Below, in pieces: positions 43,472-57,500 of a DNA stretch of 64,000 bases. The notes under the pieces are model-generated. The model was not told the origin of the DNA. It searched no databases and was given only the letters and a program-made list of their open reading frames with translations. Every line of letters begins with the position of its first letter. Positions within the stretch are counted from its first letter, which is position 1. The stretch comes from the human T2T-CHM13v2.0 reference genome, Homo sapiens: NCBI RefSeq assembly GCF_009914755.1, contig NC_060935.1; one strand, 5' to 3'. A program made the position numbers and the translations under genes.

Positions 43472-43778
43472 GTGGGGCCCATTAATGTCTTACTAATACC
43501 TCCCAGAATTATAGTTCTGTGTTACAATTTTTAGAGAAATGCTATTCAACCTGTAACAGGGGCCCACATCAGACTGTCAATCAATAAATATTATAGACTG
43601 AATAATTCATTTTTATTGTATGAAAATTGTTAGTATTTGGTCATTAAGCCAGCCCATCTGTTAGCCTATTTCACTATCTTTGCATTTTATAACAACAATT
43701 TCTACCAGCCATTTTGAATCATGAAGCAAAAATGCATTTACTTTAAATGATGCTAAAATAAACGGTATGGAATAGATT

Positions 43779-44276
<498 letters not shown>

Positions 44277-44759
44277 CTAGTTAATACAGTATATTTGTAA
44301 ATTATAAAATAAATATAGTCTCATGAAAGACAATTCATAAAATAGAAGAAAGAGTAATTTTAATCATCCACAGTCTCAGCACCCAAAGATATGCCTTATT
44401 AACATTCTAATGTCTTTCCTTCAAGACTTCTTTCTCTACAGAGATTCTGTTTTACATATTTGACATCATATTGCATATCTCAATTTTTTAATCAAACATC
44501 ATGTATGCACATATATACATATAAAGTGGTGACAGATTGAATTATTGGTCTCAATTCTTCACTCCTCTCTAATAGAATTATATATCCACACTCTTGCCAC
44601 TCTGGGGAAGAGCATCCCAATTTTTCTCCCTTCTAATAGAAATATGTCTTTACTTTCGCCAGGCTGGTGAGCAGAGAGTTATTCCCAACACCTTGACTTT
44701 GGGATTAATCAAGTGATTTACATTGGCCAAAGGGTTATTAGTGGACAAATATTTTTTAA

Positions 44760-45259
44760 TGTAGGTTTTATTATTTAAGATATGGCAAAGCCAACAGATC
44801 AGGAGACAGCTACCACTGTAAACATAGTTTGTTACACTCAACAGACCCCAAGACAAAAGGGCATGCCACACCATAATGCAGGGCCACATGGGGAAGCACC
44901 AGGGTCAGTCAAGGGCAGAGGAAGCAGGGAGAAGATTTTATTGTCATTTCTGCGGGAAAAATAATGGGCAAGGCAGGGTAAGCAGGTTTAGGATTGGCCA
45001 CTTTGAATAATTTCAGTGGACTCTATGGTACAGTTGTCTGGTATTTGGTCCTGGAGTATCGGCCCAGAATGTAAGAGTTCATTAATGGAGGTGTTGGGGG
45101 GTATGAGCTCTGGAGTAGTTGGTTTGTGTATGAAAGGTGCACTCTTAGGCCAGTAGTTTGCTATCTCTAGGAATTAGCTAACCCTGGGAGAAGTAGTCAC
45201 TCCAGGGTCAGCAAGGCCCCAAGATGTCAAAGCATCAACAAAAACAGAGTATAAAGACA
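44760..45259 (-). mobile_element. MER74/MER73/MER54-group ERVL solo LTR
   Basis: Reverse complement tgatgctttgacatcttggggccttgctgaccctggag...aattcctagagatagcaaa. Confidence 0.65.
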
Positions 45260-46489
45260 TGATTACCACAGCATGATGCAAACAAGGGCTTGGAATGTGC
45301 TGATGTGGTTGGGCTTGTTCTCTTGCAATGCGATTGTCTGCAATGAGAAAAGCTCATGCAGCCAGGGTTGCAGAACAACCACACAGGGAGCAGGCCTGGA
45401 CCCAACTCAAGGTCAGGAGCTAAGCCCAGCTGACTCCCAGCCAGCAGCGGAGGCAAACCCCAGCCAGTCCACATAAGCCAGAAACTAATGCTTACTGCTG
45501 CCTGCCTCTGAGATTTTGTGGTTGTTTGTTATAGAGCATTATGGTGGCAATAGCTGAATATGTTGGAAGTGGGGTCCTGCCATAACAAATCCCAAAATAT
45601 GTGCCATCAGCTTTAGGACTGGAAATTAGACAAGAAGAATATTGTTCTAAAAGCCTGGAAAAAATGGTGGTCCATGTTATATAGTAGTGAAAGTAAAGCA
45701 TTTGTTTTAACTGTTACTTTCAATAAACCAAAAGACAGACAATGGACCTGATAAAGTTGGGATGATGACCAAGCAAGTTTCAATTCGCAATGCTGATAGG
45801 GTAAGCGGGTTGTTGAATTGCATTTGAAAAGCTATGATAAGAGATGGGTTCTGTAATGGTTAATATTGAGTATCAACTTGATTGGATTCAAGGATGCAAA
45901 GTATTGTTCCTGGGTGTGTCTGTGAGGTTGTTGCCAAAGGAGATTAACATTTGAGTCAGTGGACTGGGAGAGGCAGACCCACTCTCAATCTGGGTGGTCA
46001 CCATCTAATCAGCTGCCAACATGGCTAGAATAAAGCAGGCAGAAGAAGTTGGAAAGACGAGATTCACTGAGTCTTCTGGTCTTCATCTTTCTTCCATGCT
46101 GGAGACTTCCTGCCCTCAACTATCAGACTCAAAGTTATTCAGCTTTTAGACTCTCAGGTTTGCACCAGTGGTTTATCAGGGGCTCTCAAGCCATTGGCCA
46201 CATACTGAAGGCTGCACTGTCAGCTTTCCTACTTTTGAGGTTTTGGGACTCAGACTGGCTTCCTTGCTCCTCAGCTTGCAGTTGGCCTATTGTTGGACTT
46301 CACCTTGTGATTGTGTGAGTCAATACTCCTTAATAAACTCCCCTTCATGTATACATTTATCCTATTAGTTCTGTCCCTCTAGAAGACCCTGATTAATCCA
46401 GGTTTTGGTACCAGGAGCAGTTCTAGAGGAAGAGAATTTTAAGGATGGATTTCTTTAGTTGGTTTTGGGGTTTCTGGAGTTGGCTACTT

Positions 46490-48190
46490 AATATGATGAG
46501 ACTCAAAAATGTTAAGGACTCTACTTCTAACAGTCTGGAGAACACCGATGGTCCTTGGAGTGAACTGTTTAGAGAGTTATGCAAACTAAATGCATTTGAT
46601 ACTCCTGATTAATCGCTCATGAGAGGCAAGGAGTTTAGTGACTCTATACATAATACCTTTGACCATATGTGGAGAATCAAGAAATATAATGAAGTTGGTT
46701 GGTTGCTCTTAAGTTCACTGGACAAAGTGATGAAAGGAAAGGATGAGCTCAGGGATTCTAACTTCCAGCTCTAGAAGCACATACTGAGCCTCAAGTCTTC
46801 TAAGTTTGCCCCAAGTGAGAATCTTATCTCCTATAGACAAAGGACTGAAATTGCAGAAAATCAGACACAAGCTCTTATAATGAGAATGGCTGACCTGCAA
46901 GGAAAGGTGCATGCTCAGCCTCATCAGATGTCTACTGTTAAAGTGAGAGCATTGACTGGAAAAGAATAGGACTCTGCAACTTGGAATGGAGATGTGTAAG
47001 AGGACCCTCACTACACTGAGCTTGTAAACTCTGATGAGTTTTTTTTGCCAGAGGAAACAGCCTCCCCACCCTCAGTGGTGGCAACATCCCCTCCCCCACC
47101 AACATGGCCATCAACCTTTCCACCTTTATCTGAGGAGTTAAACCCTGCACTGACTGAGCCAACAGTGATGGCCTCCTCTGAGGCAGTTACCAGGCAAGAC
47201 AATGCTGATTCTCCTCAGGACCCACCCCCAACACCCCTGTTTGCTTCTAGACCAATAAGTAGACTCAAGTCCCCGCAGACCCCTAGAGGCGAGGTTCAGA
47301 GTGTGACCTATGGGGAGGTGCACTACACTCCAAAAGAACTGCTTGAGTCTTTTAATTTATATAAGCAGAAATCTGGAGAATAGGCAAGGGAATGAACATT
47401 AAGGGTATGGGATAATGGTGGAAGGAACATAGAGTTGGATCAGGCTGAATTTATTGATATGGGCCCACTAAGAAGGGATCCTGCATTTAATGTTGCAGCT
47501 TAGGGAGTTTAAAAAGGTTCTAATAGTTTATTTGCTTGGTTAGCTGAAATATAGATTAACAGATGGCCCACTGTGAGTGAGCTGGAAATGCTTGATCTCC
47601 CCTGGTTTAATGTAGTGGAAGGGATCAAAAGGCTTAGGGAGATTGGAATACTAGAGTGGATTAGTCACTTTAGACCTACTCATTCCAGCTGGGAGGGTCC
47701 AGAAGACATACCCTTCACCAATACTTTCCAAAATAGATCTATGAGGGGAGAACCTATATCCTTGAAGAGCTTTGTGATTGCTCTTCTCCGTATGCCAGAT
47801 CTTACAGTGAGAACCACAGTCACTTAATTAGAAAATTTAAATGCAATGAGAGTAATTGGATCTCAAGGTGGCAGTGGCCAAGTGGCAGCCCTCAACCGTC
47901 AAAAGCAAGGTGGGCATAGTTACTGTAATGGACAGCAGGGGCAAAGCAGCAATCAGAATAGTCTGACTCCAGTAGAGCTCTGGCATTAGCTAATTAATCA
48001 CAGTGCTTCTAGAAGTGAAATTGATAGGAAGCCTACTGCATTCTTACTTGATTTGTATAAGCAGAAAACTTCCACATCAAGTGGACAAGACTAATTTCAA
48101 TTATAAAAATAGAGAATCATGGCCCTTCAGTCAGTTTCCAGACTTGAGCCAGTTTACAGACCCAGAACCCCTTGAATGAAGGGGAGGCCA
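46490..48190 (+). pseudogene. gag: HERV-L gag, multiple stops
   Basis: Pro-rich segment (47045-47383) and LEMLDLPWFNVVEGIKRLREIGILEW (47573-47827). Confidence 0.85.
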
Positions 48191-48197
48191 GGTTCCC

Positions 48198-51100
48198 TTG
48201 AGAAAGGACCCCACTACACTACCAACAATTTATGCTGCTAATCTTTCTCCCATCTTTCCCCAAGGAGACGTCCAGCCTTTTACCAGAGTAATTGTGTACT
48301 GGGGAAAGGGGAATGATCAGACTTTTGGGGGACTACTAGACACTGACTCTGAGCTGATGTTGATTCTAACTGACCCAAAATGTTATTGTTGTCCCCCAGT
48401 TAAAGTATGGGCTCATGGAGGTCAGGTAATTAATGGTGTTTTAGCTCAGGTCCAACTTACAATGGGTCTAGTGGGTCCCTGGGCTCATCCTGTTGTTTTC
48501 CCAGTGCCAGAATGCATAATTGGCATAGACATACTTAGCCACTGGCAGAACCCCCACATTGGCTCCCTGACAGGTAGGGAGAGGGCCATTACAGTGGGAA
48601 AGACCAAATGGAAGCCATTAGAACTGCCTCTACCTAGAAAAACAGTAAACCAAATCCAATATCGCATCCCTGGAGGGATTGCAGAGATTAACACCAGCAT
48701 CAAGGACTTGAAAGATGCAGGGGAGGTGATTCCGATTCCCACCACATTCCCATTCAACTCTCCCATTTGGCCTGTGCAGAAGACAGATGGATCTTGGAGA
48801 ATGGCAGTGGATTATTATAAGTTTAACCTAGTAGTGACTCCAATTGCAGCTGCTGTAACAGATGTGGTTTCATTGCTTGAATGAATTAACACATCTCCTG
48901 GTACCTGGTATGCAATCATTGATTTGGCAATTGCCTTTTTCTCCATTCCTGTCCATAAGGCCCACCAGAAGCAATTTGCCTTCATCTGGCAAGACCAGCA
49001 ATACACTTTCACTATCTTACCTCAGGGGTATATCAACTCTCCAGCTTTGTGTCATAATCTTGTTCACAGAGATCTTGATCACTTTTTCCTTTCACAGAAT
49101 ATCACACTGGCCCATTATATTGATGACATTAGGCTGACTGGATCCAGTGAGCGAGACGTAGCAAACACATTGGACTTATTGGTGAGACATTTGCATGCCA
49201 CGTGATGGGAAATAAATCCAACTAAAATTCAGAGACCTTTTACCTCAGTAAAATTTCTAGGGCTCCAGTGGTGTGTGGCCTATATCTTTATATATCTTTA
49301 TATCCTTCTAAGGTGAAAGATAAGTTGCTTCATTTGGCCCCTCCTACAACCAAGAAAGAGGCACAACACCTAGTGGGCCTATTTGGATTCTGGAGGCAAA
49401 ATATTCTTCATCTGGGTGTGTTACTCTGGCCCATTTATCAAGTGACCCAAAAGCCTGCTGATTTTGAATGGAGTCCAGAACAGGAGAAGGCTCTGCTGCA
49501 GGTCCAGGCTGCTGTGTAAGTGCTGGGGCCATATGACCCAGCAGATTCAATGGTGCTTGAGGTGTCAGTGGCAGATAGGGATGCTGTTTGGAGCCGTTGG
49601 CAGGCCCCCATAGGTGAATCAGAGCAGAGGCCTCTAGGATTTTGGAGCAAGGCCCTGCCATCTTCCACAGATAACTACTCTTCTTTTGAGAGACAGCTCT
49701 TGGCCTGTTACCAGGCTTTGGTGGAAACTGAATGTTTGACTACGGGTCATCAAGTCACCATGCAACCTGAACTGCCTATCATGAACTGGTTGCTTTCTGA
49801 CCCATCTAGCCATAAAGTGGGTCATGCAGAGCAGCATTCAATCATTAAATGGAAGTGGTATGTATGTGATGGAGCTCAGGCTGTTCCTGAGGGCACAAGT
49901 AAGTTACATGAGAAAGTGGCTCAAATGCCCATGATCTCCACTTCTGTCACCCTGCCTTCTCTCCCTCAGCCTGCACCAATGACCTCATGAGGAGTTCCCT
50001 ATGATGAGTTGACAGAGGAAGAGAAGACTAGGGCCTGGTTCACAGATGGTTCTGCATGATATGCAGGCACCACCTGAAAGTGGACAGCTGCACCACTACA
50101 GCCCCTTTCTAGGACATCCCTGAAGGACAGCGGTGAAGGGAAATCTTCCCAGTGAGCAGAACTTCAAGCAGTGCATCTGGCCGTGCACTTTGCTTGGAAG
50201 AAAAAATGGCCAGATGTGCGATTACATACTGATTTATGGTCTGTAGCCAATGGTTTGGCTGGATGGTCAGGGACTTGGAAGAAGCATGATTGGAAAATTG
50301 GTGACAAGGAAATTTGGGGAAGAGGTATATGGATGGACTTCTCTGAGTGGTAAAAAACTGTGAAGCTATTTGTATCTCATGTGAAGGTTCACTAAAGGGT
50401 GACCTCAGTAATCAAGTGGATAGGATGACTCATTCTGTGGATAACACTCAGCCTCTTTCCCCAGCCACCCCTCTCATCACCGAATGGGCCCATGAACAAA
50501 GTGGCCATGGTGGCAGGGACAGAGGTTATGCATGGGCTCAGCAACATGAACTTTCACTCGCCAAGGCTGACCTGGCTACAGCCACTGCTGAGTGCCCAAT
50601 TTGCCAGCAGCAGAGACCAACACTGAGCTCTTGATATGGCACCATTCCTCAATCAGCCAGCTACTTGGTGACAGGCTGATTATATTGGAGCTCTTGCATC
50701 ATGGAAAGAGCAATGGTTTGTTCTCACCAGAACAGATACTTACTCCAGATATGGGTGTGCCTATCCTGCACACAATGCTTCTGTCAAGACTACCATCTGT
50801 GGACTCATGGAATGCCTTATCCACTGTCATGGTATTCCACACAGCATTGCCTCTGACCAAGGCACTCACTTTACAACCAAAGAAGTGCAGCAATGGGCTC
50901 ATGCTCATGGAATTCACTGGTCTTACCATGTTCCCCATCATCCTGAAGCAGCCGGATTGATAGGACGGTGGAATGGCCTTTTGAAGTCAAAATGACACCA
51001 CCAACTAGGTGATAGCACTTTGCAGGGCTGGGGCAAAGTTCTCCAGAAGGTTGTGTATGCTTTGAATCAGCATCCAATATATGGTACTGTTTCCCTCAGA
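48198..51100 (+). pseudogene. pol: HERV-L pro-pol (protease, RT, RNase H, integrase), disrupted
   Basis: LLDTDSE (protease, DTG changed to DTD), [41 protein letters not shown]. Confidence 0.95.
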
Positions 51101-51199
51101 GCCAGTATTCATGGGTCCAGGAATCAAGGGATGGAAATGGAAGTGGCACCGCTCACCATCATCCCTAGTGACCCCCCAGCAAAATTTTTGCTTCCTGTT

Positions 51200-51420
51200 C
51201 CTGTGACATTACGTTCTGCTGGTCTAGAGGTCTTAGTTCCAGAGGGAGGAATGCTGCCACCAGGAGACTCAACAATGATCCCATTAAACTGGAAGTTACG
51301 ATTGCCACCTGGACACTTTGGGCTCCTCCTACCTCTAAGTCAACAGGCTAAGTAAGGAGTTACATTGTTGGCTGGGGTGATTGATCTGGTCTGTCAAGAT
51401 GAAATCAGTCTACACAGGAG
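51200..51420 (+). pseudogene. dut: HERV-L dUTPase remnant
   Basis: SAGLEV..WKLRLPPGHFGLL..(stop)..LAGVID downstream of integrase, as in ERV-L. Confidence 0.8.
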
Positions 51421-54357
51421 ATCTCTTAGGGCGTCTCTTATATCATACCCTGTGATTAAGGTCAATGGGAAACTAAAACAACCCAATCCAGGCAGGACTA
51501 CAGATGACCCAGACCCTTCAGGAATGAAGGTCTGGGTCACTCCACCAGGTAAAAATTCACCACCCACTGAGGTGCCTGCTGAAGGCAAAGGGAATACAGA
51601 ATGGTTAGTAGAAGGTAGTCACCAATACCAGCTACAACCACATGACCAGCTGCAGAAACGAGAACTGTAATTGTCATGAGTATTTCCCCTTATTTTGTTA
51701 AGAACATGTTTGTGCATGTGTACACTTATACTAAGGAAATATCTTCATTTTATTTCTTTTCTTTTTCCTTTATCATATGACATAAGATTTATTGACTTTA
51801 TATCAGCATTTAAGTGTTGTTAACTTTATGTAATAGCACTTAGGTTAAGGATTAGTGCACTTCCATTTGTACAAAGAATAGTTGTATTATGTTAGGCATA
51901 ATTATGACCTTTTATTGATTGTCTTTATTTGAAGATTATGTATGATTTCAGGAGATGCGTACGGGTTCAAGTTGACAAAGGGTGGACTTGTGATTGTTAA
52001 TACTGAATGTCAACTTGATTGGATTGAAGGATGCAAAGTATCGTTCCCGAGTGTGTCTGTCAGGGTGTTGCCAAAGGAGATTAACATTTGAGTTAGTGGA
52101 CTGGGAGAGGCAGACCCACTCTCAATCCAGGTGGGCACCATCTAATCAGCTGCCAACATGGCTAGAATAAAGCAGGCAGAAGAAGTTGGAAGGACTTGAC
52201 TCATTGAGTCTTCCGGCCTTCATCTTTCTTCCTTGCTTCTTTCATCCTCAACTATCTTTGCTTCCTTTCATCCTCAACTATCTTTGCTTCCTTTCTTCCT
52301 GCCCTCAACTATCAGACTCCAAGTTATTCAGCTTTTGGACTCTTTGATTTACACCAGTGATTTGCCAGGGGTCCTGGAGCCTTCAGCAACAGACTGAAGG
52401 CTGCACTCTTGGCTTCCCTACTTCTGAGGTTTTAGGACTCAGACTGGCTTCCTTGCTCCTCAGCTTGCAGATGGCCTATTGTGGGACTTCATCTTGTGTT
52501 TGTGTGAGTCAATACTTCTTTATAAAAGTCCTTTCATATACACATCTATCCTATTAGTTCTGTCCCTCTAGAGAACCCTGACTAATACAGGTTCCAAGGA
52601 AAGCATGGCTACCTTGCAACAGAATTGAGAGTACATAAACATGGCCCAGAAATCCTGCATTTATAGGGAATAAAAAAATAAACCTATATTGAGAAAATTT
52701 CTGTTAACATGAACTAAAAGCGATTGTGACTTTTTGAGATATAAAACTGCCTCTAGTCTCCTCCTACCCCAACCTTCCACAGGGAGGGTGCAGGCTGAGA
52801 GGGTGACTCAGACACCAAATACGGCATATTCTCCAATGCCCACTTTAGAAGTGACCAAGGGGGATTTTGGCAAGGGACTTCCCAAAGAGTGGAGCCAAAA
52901 ACCATAGAGAAATAATGAACTGAGGTTTGGGGAGCTATGCCCAGGGAGCAGTAATGGGGTCTAAGCCAGTAAGAATATTCCCTTCTCCCAAGGTAGGGGA
53001 ACCTGGCAACATTGATCAACGAGGATTTCACAATGGCTATAAACCATGACCGCTATGTGCATCTCACTCTTCTCCTACTAGAAGACACCAGCAGGGGATG
53101 AGATTTGGAAGGATCTTGAGATGGACGCAAGCACCTGTGGGAGGGATGTGAAGAAAGGCAATGGAAAGCAGACTGGGGTTAATTGAATTATTTGTGCCTG
53201 TTCTTTTTTTCCCTCAAAAGAGAATTAGACATAACTCATTCTTGCCATCTTCTCAAGGCAAGCAGAGGATACTTCCCCATCCCTCACTTTAGGCTGGGCC
53301 ATGTGACTTGCTTTGGCCAATCAGAAGTTGGTAGACATGAAGCAAGCGGATGTGCTGTGTGGTTGCACTCATCCTCTTGCCCCCTAGGAGACTCCCATGA
53401 GAAGAGCTTCCCCCTGGTAGCAGATACCCCTTCAACCTGGGCTCCAAAATGAATACAGAGCAACATACCTGAGCCCAGACCTGCAACCTGCAGCCAAGGC
53501 CGGTTTACCTGAAGCCAAAAGCAGAGTCTCATTCCAGCTAACCCGCAAACATAAGCAAAATAAGTAAATGTTTGTTGTTTTCGGCCAGACAGATTTAATG
53601 TTTGTTATGTGGCTTTATTGTGGCAATAGCAGACTAAGATATGTATTTTCCCATGTCATTTCATATTCTTTAAAAAGCACTCTTACAAATACATTGATTC
53701 CATTGAAAAATTTCATTTAGTTAACTATTTCCTGATTCTGAAATATTAGGGTTTTTACTAAATCTGTTTTTTTGCCTCTATTTTTTGCTTCTTATAACAA
53801 TGCTATTAATAACATATTAATCCATAATTTTTCCATACTTTGATTTATTTTCATAGGGTTAAAACTGGATAATAACATCTACTTCCCAGAGCTGTTGTGA
53901 TGGTTAAAAGACTTAAAATAATTAAACGCTAAACATATCATCTTTCATGTAATAAGCATTCAGTAATGATTGCTATTGTTTTTTGTTATAGAGTTCCAAA
54001 AGTAAGAAAAACAATTCCAAGCTCTTGATATGAAATATAAAACTATTTTCCAATAGTTATACCAATTTATACTGCTAACAGCATCATGTGAGTTTTAGCA
54101 TACCTTCAAACAACTCCATTTTTTTAACCTTGGCTATTTTGACAGTTGAGAAATAATATCTTGCTGATATTTTAATTTTTATAGCTTTTATTACAAGTGA
54201 GGTGGAAATTATTTTATAAACTGTCTAACCATTTATACTTTCTCTTCTGCAAATTACCAGTTAACACGTCCATTTAATATGCCCATTTCCATCCAGTCAT
54301 GATGTTGGTCTTCCTCTGACCTGATAGACTTACCTGGTGCCAAAGAACTGATTGATT

Positions 54358-54542
54358 TCTGTGCTTTTCAATATGATAGCCACCTGTGGCCACTGGGCAC
54401 TGTGCCACAAGTTATAATATTTTGGATATAGTGAGTTTAATGAAATATATTATTAGAATTTATTGTATATGTTTCTTTTTACTTTTTAAAATATAGCTAC
54501 TAGAAAATTTTAAACTACATATTTCTATTGGACAGAGCTACT
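54358..54542. mobile_element. MER3-like hAT MITE
   Basis: atagccacctgtggcc...tagctactagaaaattttaaa...tttctattggacag. Confidence 0.65.
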
Positions 54543-57500
54543 TAGACCTTTGAATATCACTTGCTCTGAAATTCTTCTTGGTCAAAACTCTCATTGCCCA
54601 CACCCTTATGTTGGGTTCTCCTGCTATTACATGGTCTATCAGCCATAGTCTGTTGTTAACCTTCTAGATAATGCTGTGTTGAGTCCAATCCCTCTCCTCG
54701 AAATCCCTGCTGCATTTCATTCTCCGAGTCTCACCTCCTCCTAATTCAGTTCCATCCTCCTGTGATTAATCCTCCCAAGTCTCAACACATCTCAATTAGG
54801 TTCTATTACAGATTCCTGGATGAAATGGCAAACTTGATTAGGATTTTTAAATCCTATAATGTGTGTTAAATAGATTATACTCACTGCTATCTATGTTTAT
54901 ATTCCATTTATTCTATTTCTAGCAATAAAACATGGCTTTTCAAATGCTGAGTATTTTTTATTTGAAAGTGCCATTGAAAGGTTACAAACATACAAAGCTA
55001 ATAAACAATTGCATATGTTTTTCAAATTCCCCTACCTCTGCCCACACCTTCAAACGTAACCACTGTGAATCCTCTCAAAACCACAGTTGGTGAAGACAGC
55101 CAAAGGTTATATCTGTAGCCACGAACCCTCAAAAGTTTCCTAACACCAACTCCAGCTGACTAAAATGTCACAGACATTTACTTATAATCCCTGGGGTTTT
55201 TGAATCTATAAGGCAGCATGGGTATGGGTTAACTTACCTGGCCACAGTAGAATTTTTTAAAGCCCTTTATGAAGGATTCAAGAAAAAGAAGTCTGTAACG
55301 CTGATGCAAAGTAGAATTCTTAATGTATTGAAAGGGATTATCATATGTCACGTGGAAATTCAACCTCGTTTTTTAGATCCACAGCTCTTTCCTTGTTGCC
55401 TAAATTCGTAATCGTGAGGCTCATTTGCCTTAGAGAAGTATCTGCAGCACATTTTTAATGCCAGACCTGCTCCTTCCGCCGTTCTTGCCCCTTTCCAGCA
55501 AGCTATTTCCCACCTCCCCCAACATCCCCATGGCTGCCCAGGAATTAAAACCAATTTGAATATGTAATCATGTGGAATAATAAGCACAAGTGTACTCTCT
55601 GGGGTGCTCTCTGGCTGCTACTCATCTCCTTGCAACTAGTTTCCTAAGTGCCTTTGAGAGATGCTGAGAACGCCATGTTGACGGTTAACCTTTTAACAGT
55701 TTTGCCATTCTCTGTTCACTCTGGCTACAAGCCCAGCTCTAAAGGAGGCACAGGAAGTGGGGTGAAGGAAGGGTTTCCTTCCTTCTAAGACTCACTGGAG
55801 AAACATTCTCCATAGCCTGAGGAAGAGAGTTGAGCAGGCTTTGAATAGTGTATTTTTAAAACATTCATTATTCTGACAATGGAGTTTCATGAAACTAGCT
55901 TTTATTCCTTTTATGCAAGTCAAACAGAGATTGCCCAAAACACATTACCATGCCAGGAAGTAAATAACTATTGCCTTGTTTTATGAATATGAGAAATTTC
56001 TGTGAAGATGCCTAAATATTTTGATTAATTTAAAAGCAGATGAGCTGATGTGTAGGTATTTACAACATCAAAGTACTTTTCTGATTGACTCAGTTTCAAA
56101 AATGCAATATAAAAGGTAGAGCATTCATCTTAAATAGCAATTTAGAAGTGGATGCTTTGGGTATTCTGAGGCATTCAAAATCTGATTATTTTGATACTGA
56201 TACTGCTATTTTGATGCAAACACTGCAGTGATCAATTTGGTGGATGTGAGGGGAGGGCCTCACTCGGTATCTAGTATTCCTTATTAAAATGTAAAAGCAC
56301 CCACTGTACCTCTTGAATATATAAGAATAATGAGCCATACCAGTAAATATCTGAATTGCAATCAGTGTTGTTTTGCCTGTATCGTCTCATTTCATCTTCA
56401 AAGCATGTGTCTGGGAGATAGATATTATTAGGAGTAATCACTGATGTTGCTGAGATTGAGACTTCCTTCGCAGTTGGTTATAAAGATCTAAGAATAAATC
56501 ATCTTTCTTGAACTCGAGCATATCCATTAAGGTCAGAATTTCTGCAGATTGAGCTGGAGCTATTTTTAGGTACGGTTCTAAAGCAGCTGCAATTCAAGTG
56601 TCACAGTGCATGCCTTTTTGGCTCAGCAGTTGATAGTTCTGCTTCGTGCTACTCTCCTTCCCCAGACTCCTGGGACCATCGCATAGAGGGTGCTTGAGAC
56701 ATGCTGCACTGGACGATGCACACACCCCATCTCTCCAACATGACTGTAAGCCCCTTTAGTTTTACAATATGCAAAACCTTAGCACAGAGCTGTACGCAAT
56801 TAATATTGACCAATGTTCATTGATAATAATGTTCTATAAAATTTCAGAGGCCACCAGGATGCATCACAGTCCTGACCCCAATGCAGGAGACTGAAAGTCA
56901 CCAAGGACTGAGACATGCTGTCGAGCCACAATCAGAAGAGAAACTGGAGTTGAAGAAGAGCCAGGTCTGGCCACACAGAGAAGTGAAAACCTCCATTTAA
57001 TGGTCAGAGGCAAAGTACAAAGTTAGGCATCAGAGAAGTGTTCCGTTTTGGTCACTATTATTTCTTAAGAATCTTTCTGAACACTCCAGAACTAAAGGAC
57101 TAGAAGTCCAGGGCCCTTGCTCTCAGTGTCTGATTAGCTGCTGTCATCTGCCTCGAAAGCTGCCCCATGGTTTTTTCCATCCTTGCTAGCAGCACAAACC
57201 AACTGGTTTAGCCTAACATTGATAAAACTACAGAATCTCAGATTTGGAAGGATGCTTTTAAAGCAAATAGCCAAGCTCCTAGCTAATTTTCTAATTTTGT
57301 TGCTACAAGAATAAAGAATTTAATGTGGGTGTGGAGGGAGAGTTATTTGAGTCCATTTTTCTTCTGGTCTTTCCCCTTTTCCAAGTATATAGGCAATCCT
57401 GCACTCATTGCCTCAGGGAGGGGAGGCAATTAGTCAGAAGATATAAATAGCCAATTGGCACTTTTTGTCTCTGTGTTTTAAAAGAGGGAACTTAGAATTT

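Larger units (their letters stand above)
45852..52589 (+). mobile_element. Full-structure HERV-L provirus with MLT2A2-type LTRs
   Basis: LTRs 45852-46400 (549 bp) and 51989-52589; TSD GGTTC on both sides; PBS-like tggtaccaggag at ~46407; PPT gacaaagggtggact; gag-pol-dUTPase, no env. Confidence 0.97.
44526..53641 (+). mobile_element. MLT1G-like MaLR provirus (LTR 44526-45560, internal pieces 45561-45851 and 52590-53173, LTR 53174-53641), hosting younger elements
   Basis: Two homologous LTRs (attgaattatt..., tggccaa, ...tggcaatagc); MLT1-int start ggaagtggggtcctgccataacaaa; purine tract before the 3' LTR. Confidence 0.7.

Noticed and set aside
51670-51988. Possible env between dUTPase and the 3' LTR
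   Set aside because: Only ~320 bp of AT-rich non-coding sequence; ERV-L lacks env
56848-57000. Purine-rich exon-like segment with a 39-aa ORF (MQETESHQ...)
   Set aside because: Resembles a degenerate MIR core; weak acceptor and donor
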